Assembly (NCBI RefSeq): GCF_024502345.1
Contig: NZ_JALDNN010000002.1
Source: Escherichia coli
GTDB taxonomy: Bacteria > Pseudomonadota > Gammaproteobacteria > Enterobacterales > Enterobacteriaceae
Strand: one strand, 5' to 3'
DNA length: 64,000 nt
A program made the translations under genes and the position numbers. Shown in pieces: positions 35,492 through 46,454 of this stretch. Numbering within the stretch: the stretch's first letter is position 1; every line of letters begins with the position of its first letter. The notes under the pieces were generated by a model. That model was not told the origin of the DNA and made no database searches. It saw only the letters and a program-made list of their open reading frames with translations.

Positions 35492-37495
35492 TTAACGAAC
35501 GAGGTGCAGGAAGTGCAGGTGTTTTTCGTACTGGTCCAGTATGTCATTAATCAGCTGTTCCTGATTCCAGCCCATCACATCATAGTTTTGACCGCCTTCT
35601 TTCAGATAGACCTCAGCGCGATAATATCGATGTTGCTCAACCTGCTGCTCGTCATTGTCCATTGCAGCCATGGCGAAAGCCGGTGAGTTATAGCCACGAA
35701 GTCTCACTTCATAAATAAAGTTCAGCTCATTGCCCAAATCGACTTCAAGCCGAATTCGTTCGTCATCAGTATCACTTATATGGCTTATCGTTCCCTGTTT
35801 ATTCAGTTCTTCCTGAACCAGCGTCATGGCGGGCTGGATAACGTCGCCCATAAAGCGTTTCACAAGAGAGCGCTTTGGCAGATAAGCGATATTGCGCAAG
35901 CGTCTCTGCCATGGAATCGGGTTACGCGCTGCAGTCGGAGCAATAGTCGCCATGCTCAGGCTTTCACGCTTGGTCAAATCCCGACGCAGGGCTTTTAATA
36001 ATCCGTATATGGATATCAGTAAAATCACTGAGAAAGGTAATGCGCTCGCTATTGTCACGGTTTGCAGCGCGCTCAGTCCCCCCGCAATCAGCAGTGCGAT
36101 TGCCACAATCCCTATGAGCGAGGCCCAGAAAATTCGCTGCCATACAGGCGTGTTAGCGACGCCACCCGATGCCAGCGTATCAACAACCATTGCCCCGGAG
36201 TCAGCCGAGGTGACAAAGAAGACAATGACCATCGCCATTGCAATAAATGACAGCACGGAAGAAAACGGGAAATGCTCCAGGAAATTAAACAGGGCCAGCG
36301 CGACATCCTGCTGAACGGTATTGGCGAGATCAGCCGCCCCCTGGTGCATAATGAGATAGATTGCGCTGTTACCAAACACCGTCATCCACATGAGCGTGAA
36401 GCCGGCGGGAACAAACAGCACGCCGGTGACAAACTCGCGAATGGTTCGACCGCGCGAGACTCTTGCGATGAACATCCCCACAAACGGCGACCATGAAAGC
36501 CACCATCCCCAGTACAGTAATGTCCAGCCCCCCAGCCAGTTGCTCGACTTAGGTTCATACGCATAAAGGTTAAAAGTTTTACTCACCAGTTCAGAAAGAT
36601 AACCGCCCGTATTTTCCACAAATGACTTCAGCAGAAGCACGGTTGGTCCCAGACACAGGACCAGCGCCAGCAGCAGCACTGCCAGGCCCAGGTTGAGCTC
36701 AGACAGTATACGTATTCCCTTGTCCAGGCCGGACACCACCGAAATCGTCGCTAAACCAGTGATGACAACGATTAGAATCACCTGCACCGTTTCATTAATA
36801 GGCACCCCGAAAAGATGATTCAAACCAGCATTCACCTGCAAAACACCGTACCCCAGCGATGTCGCAACGCCAAAGACGGTGCCAATAACGGCGAAAATAT
36901 CAACCGCATGGCCTACAGGTCCGTATATGCGCTCGCCAATAATGGGATAAAGTGCGGAACGCAGCGTTAAAGGCAGACCGTGACGGTAACTGAAAAAGGC
37001 CAGGATCAGTGCCACAATGGCATAGATTGCCCATGCGTGCAGGCCCCAGTGGAAGAACGTCAGGCGCATTGCTTCCTTCGCTGCCGCAACGGTCTCTGGA
37101 GTGCCGACAGGAGGTGAAAGATAATGCATCACAGGTTCAGCAACGCCAAAGAACATCAGGCCGATCCCCATCCCTGCCGAGAAAAGCATCGCAAACCAGG
37201 AGTGATAGCTAAAATCAGGCTGCGCATGGTCCGGACCCAGTTTGATATCACCGTAGCGTGAGAGTCCCAGGAACGAGACACTCAGTAGAATCAGGGCCAC
37301 TGCAAGGATGTAGAACCAGCTGGCATTCGTGAAGATTTGTTGCTGAAGTAGTTTAAAATTTTTGTCGGCGACATCCGGGAATACAGCGGCAAAGGCGACA
37401 AGAAGGAAAATTAACAAAGCAGATGTAAAGAATACCGCTTTGTTAATCTGGCTTTTAGACTTCTTTTGGATTGTATCATTTTCACTCATAATCAT
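35492..37495 (-). CDS. BCCT-family transporter (choline/betaine/carnitine; BetT-like)
   Basis: 667 aa, 12-TM profile with a long C-terminal cytoplasmic domain. Confidence 0.85.
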   Translation of the reverse strand: MIMSENDTIQKKSKSQINKAVFFTSALLIFLLVAFAAVFPDVADKNFKLLQQQIFTNASWFYILAVALILLSVSFLGLSRYGDIKLGPDHAQPDFSYHSWFAMLFSAGMGIGLMFFGVAEPVMHYLSPPVGTPETVAAAKEAMRLTFFHWGLHAWAIYAIVALILAFFSYRHGLPLTLRSALYPIIGERIYGPVGHAVDIFAVIGTVFGVATSLGYGVLQVNAGLNHLFGVPINETVQVILIVVITGLATISVVSGLDKGIRILSELNLGLAVLLLALVLCLGPTVLLLKSFVENTGGYLSELVSKTFNLYAYEPKSSNWLGGWTLLYWGWWLSWSPFVGMFIARVSRGRTIREFVTGVLFVPAGFTLMWMTVFGNSAIYLIMHQGAADLANTVQQDVALALFNFLEHFPFSSVLSFIAMAMVIVFFVTSADSGAMVVDTLASGGVANTPVWQRIFWASLIGIVAIALLIAGGLSALQTVTIASALPFSVILLISIYGLLKALRRDLTKRESLSMATIAPTAARNPIPWQRRLRNIAYLPKRSLVKRFMGDVIQPAMTLVQEELNKQGTISHISDTDDERIRLEVDLGNELNFIYEVRLRGYNSPAFAMAAMDNDEQQVEQHRYYRAEVYLKEGGQNYDVMGWNQEQLINDILDQYEKHLHFLHLVR

Positions 37496-37862
37496 TTATT
37501 CCATTAATTAAAATCCGCACTGTATAGAGGGTACTACATCTCAAAGATTAGCAAACTTCAACTTACGATGCGGCGTCAATCGGAATGCAGAGTGCAAGAG
37601 TGGCCATACAGATATCCTGTTGATAGTCTGCCAGCCGTCTTCTGGAGCATTTGATTTGCATAAATTGCATCAGATCTGGGGATTCACTTTGATTAGAGCA
37701 ATATTGAGAATGACTTACTAACGTCTGATGTTGCGTAAAGCGGGCTTTAAGGATGGTCGCAATGTCAGAGGTAAGGACAGACGTTCAGGATGCAAATAAT
37801 CAGTGCCGGTTCGTCGCTGATTTTCCTTCAGGCTGACTTGTCCAAAACGAGTAACAATCGCC

Positions 37863-38051
37863 GGTGATGCTGCCAACTTACTGATTTAGTGTATGATGGT
37901 GTTTTTGAGGTGCTCCAGTGGCTTCTGTTTCTATCAGCTGTCCCTCCTGTTCAGCTACTGACGGGGTGGTGCGTAACGGCAAAAGCACTGCCGGACATCA
38001 GCGCTATCTCTGCTCTCACTGCCGTAAAACATGGCAACTGCAGTTCACTTA
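37863..38051 (+). mobile_element. IS1 left-end fragment (about 189 bp)
   Basis: GGTGATGCTGCCAACTTACTGATTTAGTGTATGATGG...; truncated at the junction with an IS110-like end sequence. Confidence 0.85.
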
Positions 38052-38093
38052 GGGGTCCGCTTGGAAAAAGGAAATTATCCTACGCTAAGCGCA
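38052..38093 (-). repeat. Solitary inverted copy of the IS110-family element right-end sequence (about 40 bp)
   Basis: GGGGTCCGCTTGGAAAAAGGAAATTATCCTACGCTAAG is about 85% identical to the reverse complement of 40122..40163. Confidence 0.6.
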
Positions 38094-38195
38094 TTTTTTG
38101 CACAGATGGCTACCGACTGAACGTAACGTGTGAGTCATGATCAGAAATGTGTTAACTCTAGGAATTGACACGACTTACTGTTTGATGGGGAAATC

Positions 38196-38564
38196 ATGTT
38201 TAGCTATCTCAAGGCTATGTATCATCAATCAAAAATTCAGGCTGAACTCAAGGTACAGATACATGAACAAACTACGGTTAATGCTATCTGTCATCACCCT
38301 GAATCAATCGAGATCATTGCGGTTTGTTCGACTGATGCGTATTACCGAAAACGTAAGGACGCTGCTTTTCTGACAACCTGTTCTGTGCTCATGCGTACTT
38401 TAAAAGATGAATCCGTACCGATGGTACTACGGAAAACAGCATGGCGATTATTGAACGAAAGATACCAACGAATTAAGTTAAATCAGGCTTATAGGATAGA
38501 AAATTTCTTGCTTGTTGCCGATTTTGAATATGCTCTCGAAGAACATGATGAACTAGCAGAGTAG
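38196..38564 (+). CDS. Hypothetical protein (122 aa)
   Basis: ORF only; lies between the solitary IS110-like end and IS110-family copy 2. Confidence 0.35.
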   Translation: MFSYLKAMYHQSKIQAELKVQIHEQTTVNAICHHPESIEIIAVCSTDAYYRKRKDAAFLTTCSVLMRTLKDESVPMVLRKTAWRLLNERYQRIKLNQAYRIENFLLVADFEYALEEHDELAE

Positions 38565-38761
38565 TACTAGTGAGGCGATGAATACCGACAGTTAACGTGC
38601 ATGTGACTTAAACGTCCGAAACCGAACGATTACGTACACCATGCCGTTGATCTGTCCGAAAGTAGGCAAAACCAGAAACGGACAGCCTGACAGTTCCGTA
38701 CATCCCTTGCGGTCAGGGGTTTCCGATCAATGGAACGAAATCACCCGTTAAGCTTGAAAAT

Positions 38762-40163
38762 CTTAACGAATGGAAGGGACTTCCCCTAGATATGCGCCTG
38801 ATTAACTTTCGTGCAATCATAGGATAAACATTGACCCAGAGGGATTCGTTATGACCATCACCACTGTCGGTATCGATCTTGCTAAAAATGTGTTTGCTGT
38901 TCACTGCATTGACCAAAATGGTAAAGCTGTTCTGGTTAAACCCAAGGTGTCGCGTGCAGCACTTTCTGAACTCATCGCAGGTTTACCTCCCTGTGTCATT
39001 GGAATGGAAGCCTGCTCGGGTGCCCACTATTGGGCAAGATTATTCAGGCAGTATGGCCATGATGTCCGGTTGATGGCTCCGAAATTTGTCTCACCCTATC
39101 GCATGGCGGGTAAGACCGGGAAAAATGATGCAGCTGATGCAATAGCTATTTGTGAGGCAGTGCAGCGGCCGCATATGCGCTTTGTACCAGTCAAAGACGA
39201 AAGCCAGCAGGCAATGCAATGCTTACATCGGACAAGACAGGGATTTATCCAGGAAAGAACAGCAACGTATAACCGTCTTCGGGGCCTGATATCTGAATTC
39301 GGGGTTATTGCCCCACAAAGCACTGATGCTCTGCGTCATGTTGTTTCTGACCAGAAGGAAACTCTGCCAGTACAGGTTAGGCTGTGCATTGATGATCTAT
39401 TGACACATGTCACTAATATTGAAGAGAAAATCGCCGAATATGACAGGGTATTATCTCGTGTGGCCAAAACAGATCATCGCAGCCAGCAGTTAATGGAACT
39501 GAAAGGTGTTGGGCCCACCACAGCGAGTGCGCTGGTCGCCAGTATTGGCAATGCCCATGATTTTAAGAACGGGCGCCAACTGGCAGCCTGGTTGGGGCTA
39601 ACGCCATCACAATACAGTAGTGGCGGAAAATCAAAGCTTGGCAGGATAACAAAAGCGGGTGATGCCTATCTGCGAACCCTACTGGTCCAGGGAGCCCGTT
39701 CTGTAATGGTAGGGGCAGAGAATAGAACGGACCCGTTTAGCCGTTGGGTCTGCTCGTTGATTGGTAGGCGGGGATACTGGCGTGCTGTCGTTGCAATCGC
39801 CGCCAAGAATGCGAGGTTGTGCTGGGCATCATTACATTACGGCGATGACTTCAGACTGTATTCAACAACATGAAAAATTTAACTGAGTAGTAACTGAACT
39901 GTAAATTGTTGATGGTAAAGGGTTAGACCCCCGTGAGAAGTATCTGCATATCCTACTGGATATCACTATCCGATTAACGAAGGAGGATCTCACGAGCGTC
40001 TTTCATCAGGGTCCGAATCACTAGCGATTCAGCATGACCGTTTATAGTAGCGCAGTCTTATCCCTTGCCTTTCATTGATGAACAGACAGAAATTAAAAAC
40101 CGGCGTTGACTGTTCGGGGAAGCCCTTATAGTAGGATAATTTCCGAATTCCAAGCGGACCCCC
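38762..40163 (+). mobile_element. IS110-family element copy 2 (about 1.4 kb), inserted in mrkJ
   Basis: About 80% nucleotide similarity to copy 1 over its whole length; right terminus ...CCAAGCGGACCCC. Confidence 0.7.
38851..39873 (+). CDS. IS110-family transposase
   Basis: 340 aa MTITTVGIDLAKNVFAVHCIDQNGKAVLVKPK... Confidence 0.9.
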   Translation: MTITTVGIDLAKNVFAVHCIDQNGKAVLVKPKVSRAALSELIAGLPPCVIGMEACSGAHYWARLFRQYGHDVRLMAPKFVSPYRMAGKTGKNDAADAIAICEAVQRPHMRFVPVKDESQQAMQCLHRTRQGFIQERTATYNRLRGLISEFGVIAPQSTDALRHVVSDQKETLPVQVRLCIDDLLTHVTNIEEKIAEYDRVLSRVAKTDHRSQQLMELKGVGPTTASALVASIGNAHDFKNGRQLAAWLGLTPSQYSSGGKSKLGRITKAGDAYLRTLLVQGARSVMVGAENRTDPFSRWVCSLIGRRGYWRAVVAIAAKNARLCWASLHYGDDFRLYSTT

Positions 40164-40585
40164 AGAAGGATATAAAAGCCAAAATCGCCGCCCTGACCTG
40201 CGTCCATTTCGAGGTAACCGAAAACGCCGAGAATCTGCTGCATAATTCTCTTGCCGCCTGGCAGAGCCCACAGGATACCTCACTGTGGCTCGACGACTTC
40301 GGCTCCGGCTACGCGGGAATTAACGCTATTCGCGGTTATCACTTTGACTATGTGAAAATTGATAAGGATTTTTTCTGGCACCTGATGCGCAAAGAGTTCG
40401 GCCGCCAGCTGATGGATGCGCTGGTGACCTTTTTATCGCGCAACCATCATAATGTGATTATTGAAGGTGTCGAAAGCGAAGCCCATAAAGAATGGCTGCA
40501 GGGAATGGAGTGGTTTGCTATCCAGGGACATTACTGGCGGGAAGTCAGTATTGAACAACTGGTCGCCGATGATATTGCCATGTAA
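40164..40585 (+). pseudogene. mrkJ: EAL-domain c-di-GMP phosphodiesterase MrkJ, C-terminal about 140 codons (N-terminus removed by IS110-family insertion)
   Basis: EAL motifs DDFGSGYAG, KIDKDFF, EGVE; convergent with mrkF across a shared terminator. Confidence 0.7.
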
Positions 40586-40616
40586 AAAAAGCCGGGAATT
40601 CCCGGCTTTTTAACGT
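40586..40616. terminator. Bidirectional rho-independent terminator between mrkJ and mrkF
   Basis: AAAAAAGCCGGGAATTCCCGGCTTTTT perfect hairpin with flanking A and T runs. Confidence 0.85.
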
Positions 40617-40619
40617 CAC

Positions 40620-41285
40620 TTAATTATAAACTAATTCCCACGTTGCCCAGCTGGTAATCGGCCCGCTGGTGGCGCTTTTCGGCGTTGGCGAAACATAGCC
40701 AACGTAATAGGTGAACAGGCCGCCGCTGACCGCGCTTTCCTGCAAACGCACCTGATTTTGCTGCGGGTCCGCCGGGACAATTTTATTACTCTTATCCAGC
40801 GTATTATTATCGTTAGTCGATAGCGCCAGATAAATATTCTGCGCTCCATCCGGCAAGGTATTGGCCAGATACCCGGCGTTTTCGTTACCGACCGCCGTCA
40901 GTAAAAAACCATCGACCCAGCGCACGCTGACCCGACGCACCTCATCCTGCGAGGCTGCCCCACCATCATGGCGCAGCTGGCAGTTTGACAGTGCCAGGGT
41001 AAACGGCTGCGGTTTCATAAACGCCCCGGCACCGCGATCGTGGACTTCCGCCAGGCTGACCGGCGCCAGCCAGACATTACCGCTGCCGGCATGCTGGCCG
41101 CCGTTTAGCGCGATGCTACAGGAAATATCCGTCACCCGCCCGGCAAAATCGACCCGTCCGCGATCGTAATTCGTCTCGAATCCCCACGCCGAGGAGGCAA
41201 TAAGCGTCCCGCTTATCAGGGCCAACTGAATGAGTCGTGTGCTATTTTTATACTTTGCTGAATCACTCATACCCGCCTCCCGCAT
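40620..41285 (-). CDS. mrkF: Type 3 fimbrial minor subunit MrkF
   Basis: Fimbrial subunit-like, last gene of the mrk operon. Confidence 0.75.
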   Translation of the reverse strand: MREAGMSDSAKYKNSTRLIQLALISGTLIASSAWGFETNYDRGRVDFAGRVTDISCSIALNGGQHAGSGNVWLAPVSLAEVHDRGAGAFMKPQPFTLALSNCQLRHDGGAASQDEVRRVSVRWVDGFLLTAVGNENAGYLANTLPDGAQNIYLALSTNDNNTLDKSNKIVPADPQQNQVRLQESAVSGGLFTYYVGYVSPTPKSATSGPITSWATWELVYN

Positions 41286-42259
41286 TAATCGTACGTCAGG
41301 TTAAAGACCAGGTGCGACTCCACTTCACCGGTACTGGTAGTCGGCGCATATTGATAGAAGCGCGCATGGAGAGGCAGGGTGATATAACGAGTTTCCTGGT
41401 TTTGTAATGTACCAATATTATATTTTTTGTTGAATTCCAGAGGAGTGTTGTCCTTTATAACCTGCACACCAACGCCCTTAGCAGCAGAATTTCCGGTCTT
41501 TTCGTTTAGTAGAACACCTTGATTCGCTGATGTATTTGTAGCTAATGTTCCAGAAAATGAGGTGTTAATATTTGCATAACCACTGACACTGACTCCCCCA
41601 CTACACTCCAGTTTAATATCAAATGGTGTACCGCCAGCCCAGGTCCCCACCCCTTTTAAATCAGCTCGTTTAATCGTGCCTATATCGACATTCATATTTT
41701 TGCCACCTAAAATGGTACAAGAAGGTGAAACAATTGTAATGGCATCAGCATTAAGGCTGGTTTTAAGGATTGTAAATCCTGGTCCGTACTCTGTATACGG
41801 CCCACTGGCTAAGGTTCCACTCCCTGTTGTGGTACTGGTCTTAATTATATCTAATGTGAATGTTGAACCTGCGAGTCTAAAGGAGGAACCTGTCGTGGTA
41901 TAACTATCAGGGTAGATCATACTGATCTCCCCTTTACGTGAGAAACGTAAACCAATTCCAGGAATTGCAGTTGAATAGACTTTATTGGCCCCCTGAACCA
42001 AACCAGCAGCAACAACTTTCGCATCGAATTTCAGAGTAGTAATTCTATCACATGTAACATAAATCGTATTATTATCCGGCATTGGCCATGTTTTAGTTGC
42101 AATGACACTCCCTACTGGTAAGTCCGGGCTAACAACCACGCGCCCCATAGCCATATTAATTTCATAGGCACTATGAGATTGCCAACATGATGCCCATGCT
42201 GACGTTGTCCCCAGCGCCATTAAGCCAATAAAAAGCGTCAGTTTTTTCATTAGCGACAT
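41285..42259 (-). CDS. mrkD: Type 3 fimbrial adhesin MrkD
   Basis: About 324 aa with signal peptide MSLMKKLTLFIGLMALG; position after the usher. Confidence 0.75.
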   Translation of the reverse strand: MSLMKKLTLFIGLMALGTTSAWASCWQSHSAYEINMAMGRVVVSPDLPVGSVIATKTWPMPDNNTIYVTCDRITTLKFDAKVVAAGLVQGANKVYSTAIPGIGLRFSRKGEISMIYPDSYTTTGSSFRLAGSTFTLDIIKTSTTTGSGTLASGPYTEYGPGFTILKTSLNADAITIVSPSCTILGGKNMNVDIGTIKRADLKGVGTWAGGTPFDIKLECSGGVSVSGYANINTSFSGTLATNTSANQGVLLNEKTGNSAAKGVGVQVIKDNTPLEFNKKYNIGTLQNQETRYITLPLHARFYQYAPTTSTGEVESHLVFNLTYD

Positions 42260-44736
42260 AGCGTTTCCTTTGTTTTTTCCTGACTTAATTCCACCGAGCA
42301 CTGTCCGCCGCTCCACTTAACCGTGGCCTTCGGCGCGCTGGCGTCGCTGATAAACATCATGCTGCCCTGCCCCACCACGCCGATCTCTTTCCCGGACGGA
42401 CCGAATATCGTGGCGGCAAACGGTAACGGCAGGCCATTAGCCTGGCGCGCCCGCAGAGTGATGTTGTTCTGCAGCGTGGTATCGAAGGAGACCTTGACCA
42501 CGCTCCCTTCCCACGGCACCACCTGCGCCACGGTACTGCCGAAGGCGACATCGTCATTGCTGCCTTTCGGGTCAATTTCAACGGAATTTATCCGGTAAGG
42601 CCGCAGATACGGCAGAATGGCGTAGCCGTTGCTGTCGATGCGGGTACCCGGCGAACCGGGCAACATCGCGCCCGCGGCATCTTTCGCTTCGATCAGCGCC
42701 ATAGTAGTGCCGGTTTCCGGCGAGAATACGACGCCGTGCTGATGCGCGATTAGCGTCCCGCTGGCGCCCACGCCGCTCTGGCGATAGCCTTCGCCCTGGC
42801 TATAGCTGCCGTTCAGCGTCGTCCACGGGGTACGGTAACTGCCGTTCAGCGCCACATCGTGCTGGCCGCCAGTGGCGGTGGTCGTCGACACGCCGTAGTT
42901 AAGGTTGTTTTCGCTATCCAGCGAACCGTTGACGCCAATCTGCGAGCTGGCGAAACGCGAATTGTTAAACGCGGTATTCGATGTCAGGTTAGCGGTGCGG
43001 TTTTCACCGAACCACAGCGGGTAGCTAAAGTTGAGAGACACTCGATCGTCGCGGCGGTGGCCGGAACTATCCGGGGTATAGACGCGCTGGGCGCTGACCG
43101 ACCACGAGAGCCGACCGTACATGTTGTTGTAACTAAACTGATACTGCTTTTCCGTCCCCGAACGGTTCCAGTAATCCGCCACCCGACCGCTCAGATAAAA
43201 ACCGCCCCAGCCGTCCGGCAGGTTCTGGTTGACGGTAAAGGTCATCCCGTTTTTCTGGCGCCACACGGTGTAGTTGCTGTTGTAGTTCTTCTCCTGATCG
43301 ACGGCGTAGAGGGCGTCGTTCAGGTTGTAGTAGCCTTTGGTGGAGTAGCGATACGCCGCCAGCACGATGCTGGTCTGGGTTTCGGTAAACATGCGGTTAA
43401 AGGTGGCGCGATAGCTTTGACCGTGCTCGTCAAGGGTATCGCTCTTCAGCCGCGAGTGAGTCACGTCGAAGGAGAGCGCGCCGATGCCGGTGTTCATCCC
43501 GGTCCCCAGCAGGAACGCCTGATAGTCATCAAATCCGGTGACGCCGGTATAGCCGGTAAACAGGTTATTTAAACCATGCTGCCAGGTTCCCTGGTAGAGC
43601 ATCGGTTTATTACGCAGCGAACTATCGTCGACTTTACCGGCGGAGAGCGCGTAGCGGGTCATCCCCGGACGCAGCAGCTGCGCTACCGAGGCGTAAGGTA
43701 CGCTGAATACCTCGACCGAACCATCGCCCTCTTTAACCGACACTTCAAGGTCGCTACCGTAGCCGGAAGGATAGACATCCTGCAGGGTAAACGGCCCCGG
43801 CGGCACCGTGGTCTGATAGATAATATTGCTGCCCTGGCGCACCGTCACCAGGGCGTTGCTTTGCGCCACGCCGCGAATTTCAGGGGCGTAGGAGCGCATG
43901 CCGTCGGGAAACATATTGTCATCGGTCGCCAGGTTAACCCCGCGCAGGCCGATGGTGTCAAAGAACTCGCCGTTGGTAAAAATCTGCCCGCCGCTGACTA
44001 TCGAGTTAATCTGCGGAATCGGCCGCTGCAGATAGGTCTGGTTGCTGTTCCAGTGCGCTTTCCCCTGCTGCTGCTGCCAGTTCAGGTTACCGATATGCTT
44101 GAGCAGCCAGCCGTCCCACGACAGGCCCGCGTTAACGCCAAGATACGCGCTGCTGTTATCGGAACCGTTGGCCGAGGAGATATGGCTGTTCCAGGCGTTG
44201 GCCATCCAGCCTAAATTCAGCGCCGCAACGCCTTTATCCCAGAATTGCGGGCTGACAAAGTTTTTCAGGCGCTGATCTTCGTAGATTTGCGGTACGGCAA
44301 TATCCAGTCTCAGGGAGGACTGAATCAGCGTGTCTTTGACGTTATCTTCGTGACGCCACTCCTGCAGGCGTCCGCAGAAGCCCTCTTTTTCGCTGAGCTG
44401 CGGATTTAATTTTTCCGGCGAAATCCCATACTGCATCAGCATCGCTTTGGTATAGCAGACGCCCATTTTGCCGTCTTTACCGGCGGTGATTTTCAGGTCG
44501 TAGCGCCCTTTCCATTCGCCGTTGGTATAGACATCAAGGGAGTAGACGCCCTCGCTGATAGCGCTGGTCGAGAAGCGCGACAGGTCGACCTTTTCGCGAC
44601 TGCCGACGATAAAACCATCGTTAAATTGATAGATCGTTCCCGGGTTTTCCTGTCCGCTGGAAAATGGCGGAAAGCAGCACAGCGCGATGGCGATCGCGGT
44701 GCTTAATCTTCCCGGGCAGAATGACCTCTGCTTCAT
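42250..44736 (-). CDS. mrkC: Fimbrial usher MrkC
   Basis: 828 aa outer-membrane usher. Confidence 0.85.
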   Translation of the reverse strand: MKQRSFCPGRLSTAIAIALCCFPPFSSGQENPGTIYQFNDGFIVGSREKVDLSRFSTSAISEGVYSLDVYTNGEWKGRYDLKITAGKDGKMGVCYTKAMLMQYGISPEKLNPQLSEKEGFCGRLQEWRHEDNVKDTLIQSSLRLDIAVPQIYEDQRLKNFVSPQFWDKGVAALNLGWMANAWNSHISSANGSDNSSAYLGVNAGLSWDGWLLKHIGNLNWQQQQGKAHWNSNQTYLQRPIPQINSIVSGGQIFTNGEFFDTIGLRGVNLATDDNMFPDGMRSYAPEIRGVAQSNALVTVRQGSNIIYQTTVPPGPFTLQDVYPSGYGSDLEVSVKEGDGSVEVFSVPYASVAQLLRPGMTRYALSAGKVDDSSLRNKPMLYQGTWQHGLNNLFTGYTGVTGFDDYQAFLLGTGMNTGIGALSFDVTHSRLKSDTLDEHGQSYRATFNRMFTETQTSIVLAAYRYSTKGYYNLNDALYAVDQEKNYNSNYTVWRQKNGMTFTVNQNLPDGWGGFYLSGRVADYWNRSGTEKQYQFSYNNMYGRLSWSVSAQRVYTPDSSGHRRDDRVSLNFSYPLWFGENRTANLTSNTAFNNSRFASSQIGVNGSLDSENNLNYGVSTTTATGGQHDVALNGSYRTPWTTLNGSYSQGEGYRQSGVGASGTLIAHQHGVVFSPETGTTMALIEAKDAAGAMLPGSPGTRIDSNGYAILPYLRPYRINSVEIDPKGSNDDVAFGSTVAQVVPWEGSVVKVSFDTTLQNNITLRARQANGLPLPFAATIFGPSGKEIGVVGQGSMMFISDASAPKATVKWSGGQCSVELSQEKTKETLCR

Positions 44737-44747
44737 TAGCTTTTCCC

Positions 44748-45449
44748 TTATTTAACGGCCACTTTCACTGCGACATCGGCGCCATAGTCATTAATGTTGT
44801 TAACGGTCAGGGTTTCGCCGCGGTTGACGGCGGAGGAGAGCGCCACCGTCTGGCTGGACTGCGGCGCCAGCATCACGGTTTTGCTGTTCAGGGCTTTACC
44901 GCCGTCGCGGGAAATACGGCTGACGGTAATGTAGAACGGCGTCGGGTTGTTGATGGCGAGACTACTGCCGCTGGCGGTCAGGGTCAGCTTCTCGGCCGCC
45001 GCATCGCGGTTGCCCAGTCCGGCAGGACGATAAATAAATTTAAAGCGCGAACGGATCGCCAGCTGCAGCACGTTCTGGCCTTCATTTTTCTGATTGGCCA
45101 CCACCGGCGGAATTTCCAGCAGATTCAGCCACCACAGCGTCTCTTTATCTTTCGCCAGACCGGCGCTGCTACCGAGCTTAATACGCAGCGTCTGGCCGCT
45201 CTTGGCGTCAACGCGCGAAATCGGCGGGGTGATAATAAACGGGGTGGTAATGGTATCCGGTGTGGCATCGGCATCGCCGTTATCCAGCCAGGCCTGCGCC
45301 AGCGCCGGACGGTCGGCGTTATTTGAAAGCTGTACCGTTATTTCTTTTTCATTTCCTGGATAAATAAAGCGGGTACCGTTAACAATAATATTGTTGGCAT
45401 GGGCCGCAAAACTAAAAATGAAACAGAAAAAAAGGGCAATACGCTTCAT
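44748..45449 (-). CDS. mrkB: Fimbrial periplasmic chaperone MrkB
   Basis: PapD-like chaperone, about 233 aa with signal peptide. Confidence 0.85.
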   Translation of the reverse strand: MKRIALFFCFIFSFAAHANNIIVNGTRFIYPGNEKEITVQLSNNADRPALAQAWLDNGDADATPDTITTPFIITPPISRVDAKSGQTLRIKLGSSAGLAKDKETLWWLNLLEIPPVVANQKNEGQNVLQLAIRSRFKFIYRPAGLGNRDAAAEKLTLTASGSSLAINNPTPFYITVSRISRDGGKALNSKTVMLAPQSSQTVALSSAVNRGETLTVNNINDYGADVAVKVAVK

Positions 45450-45544
45450 GCTGACCTCAGAATAAAAATACAAGCGGCGGACATTGCCGCTTTATTATTG
45501 TTATTAACTGCCCCATCGCGGGGCAGTTTTATTTTCTGACGGAA

Positions 45545-46183
<639 letters not shown>

Positions 46184-46379
46184 TCAATGAGCACACTGTG
46201 AATTCGCATAGAACCAGAAACATCAGGCGATGCTGATTTATGCCACTGCTAATAGAATCTTCGACTGACCGGGAGCCGCAATATTTAAGGCGTCAGGTAA
46301 CGAACCTAAAAATATAAGTTCGCTGGTGCTATCGGCGTCAAAGAATGCTATTTATTCGCCGACAAATATACATTTGTTC

Positions 46380-46454
46380 GGTGATGCTGCCAACGGCTTT
46401 GTTGAATAAATCGGCGGTAATAGTGCCAACTTACTGATTTAGTGTGGCTTTGTT
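46380..46454. repeat. Stack of solitary IS terminal repeats: IS1 IR (15 bp), complete IS903 IR (18 bp), IS1 IR variant (about 30 bp), first 9 bp of the IS903-2 IR
   Basis: GGTGATGCTGCCAAC | GGCTTTGTTGAATAAATC | GGCGGTAATAGTGCCAACTTACTGATTTAGTGT | GGCTTTGTT. Confidence 0.85.

Noticed and set aside
35504-36496. Several 60-140-aa ORFs antisense to the BCCT transporter gene
   Set aside because: Shadow ORFs inside a 667-aa membrane transporter gene.
42859-44214. 237-aa and 212-aa plus-strand ORFs inside mrkC
   Set aside because: Antisense to the 828-aa usher gene; translations are low-complexity (Arg/Gly/Val-rich).
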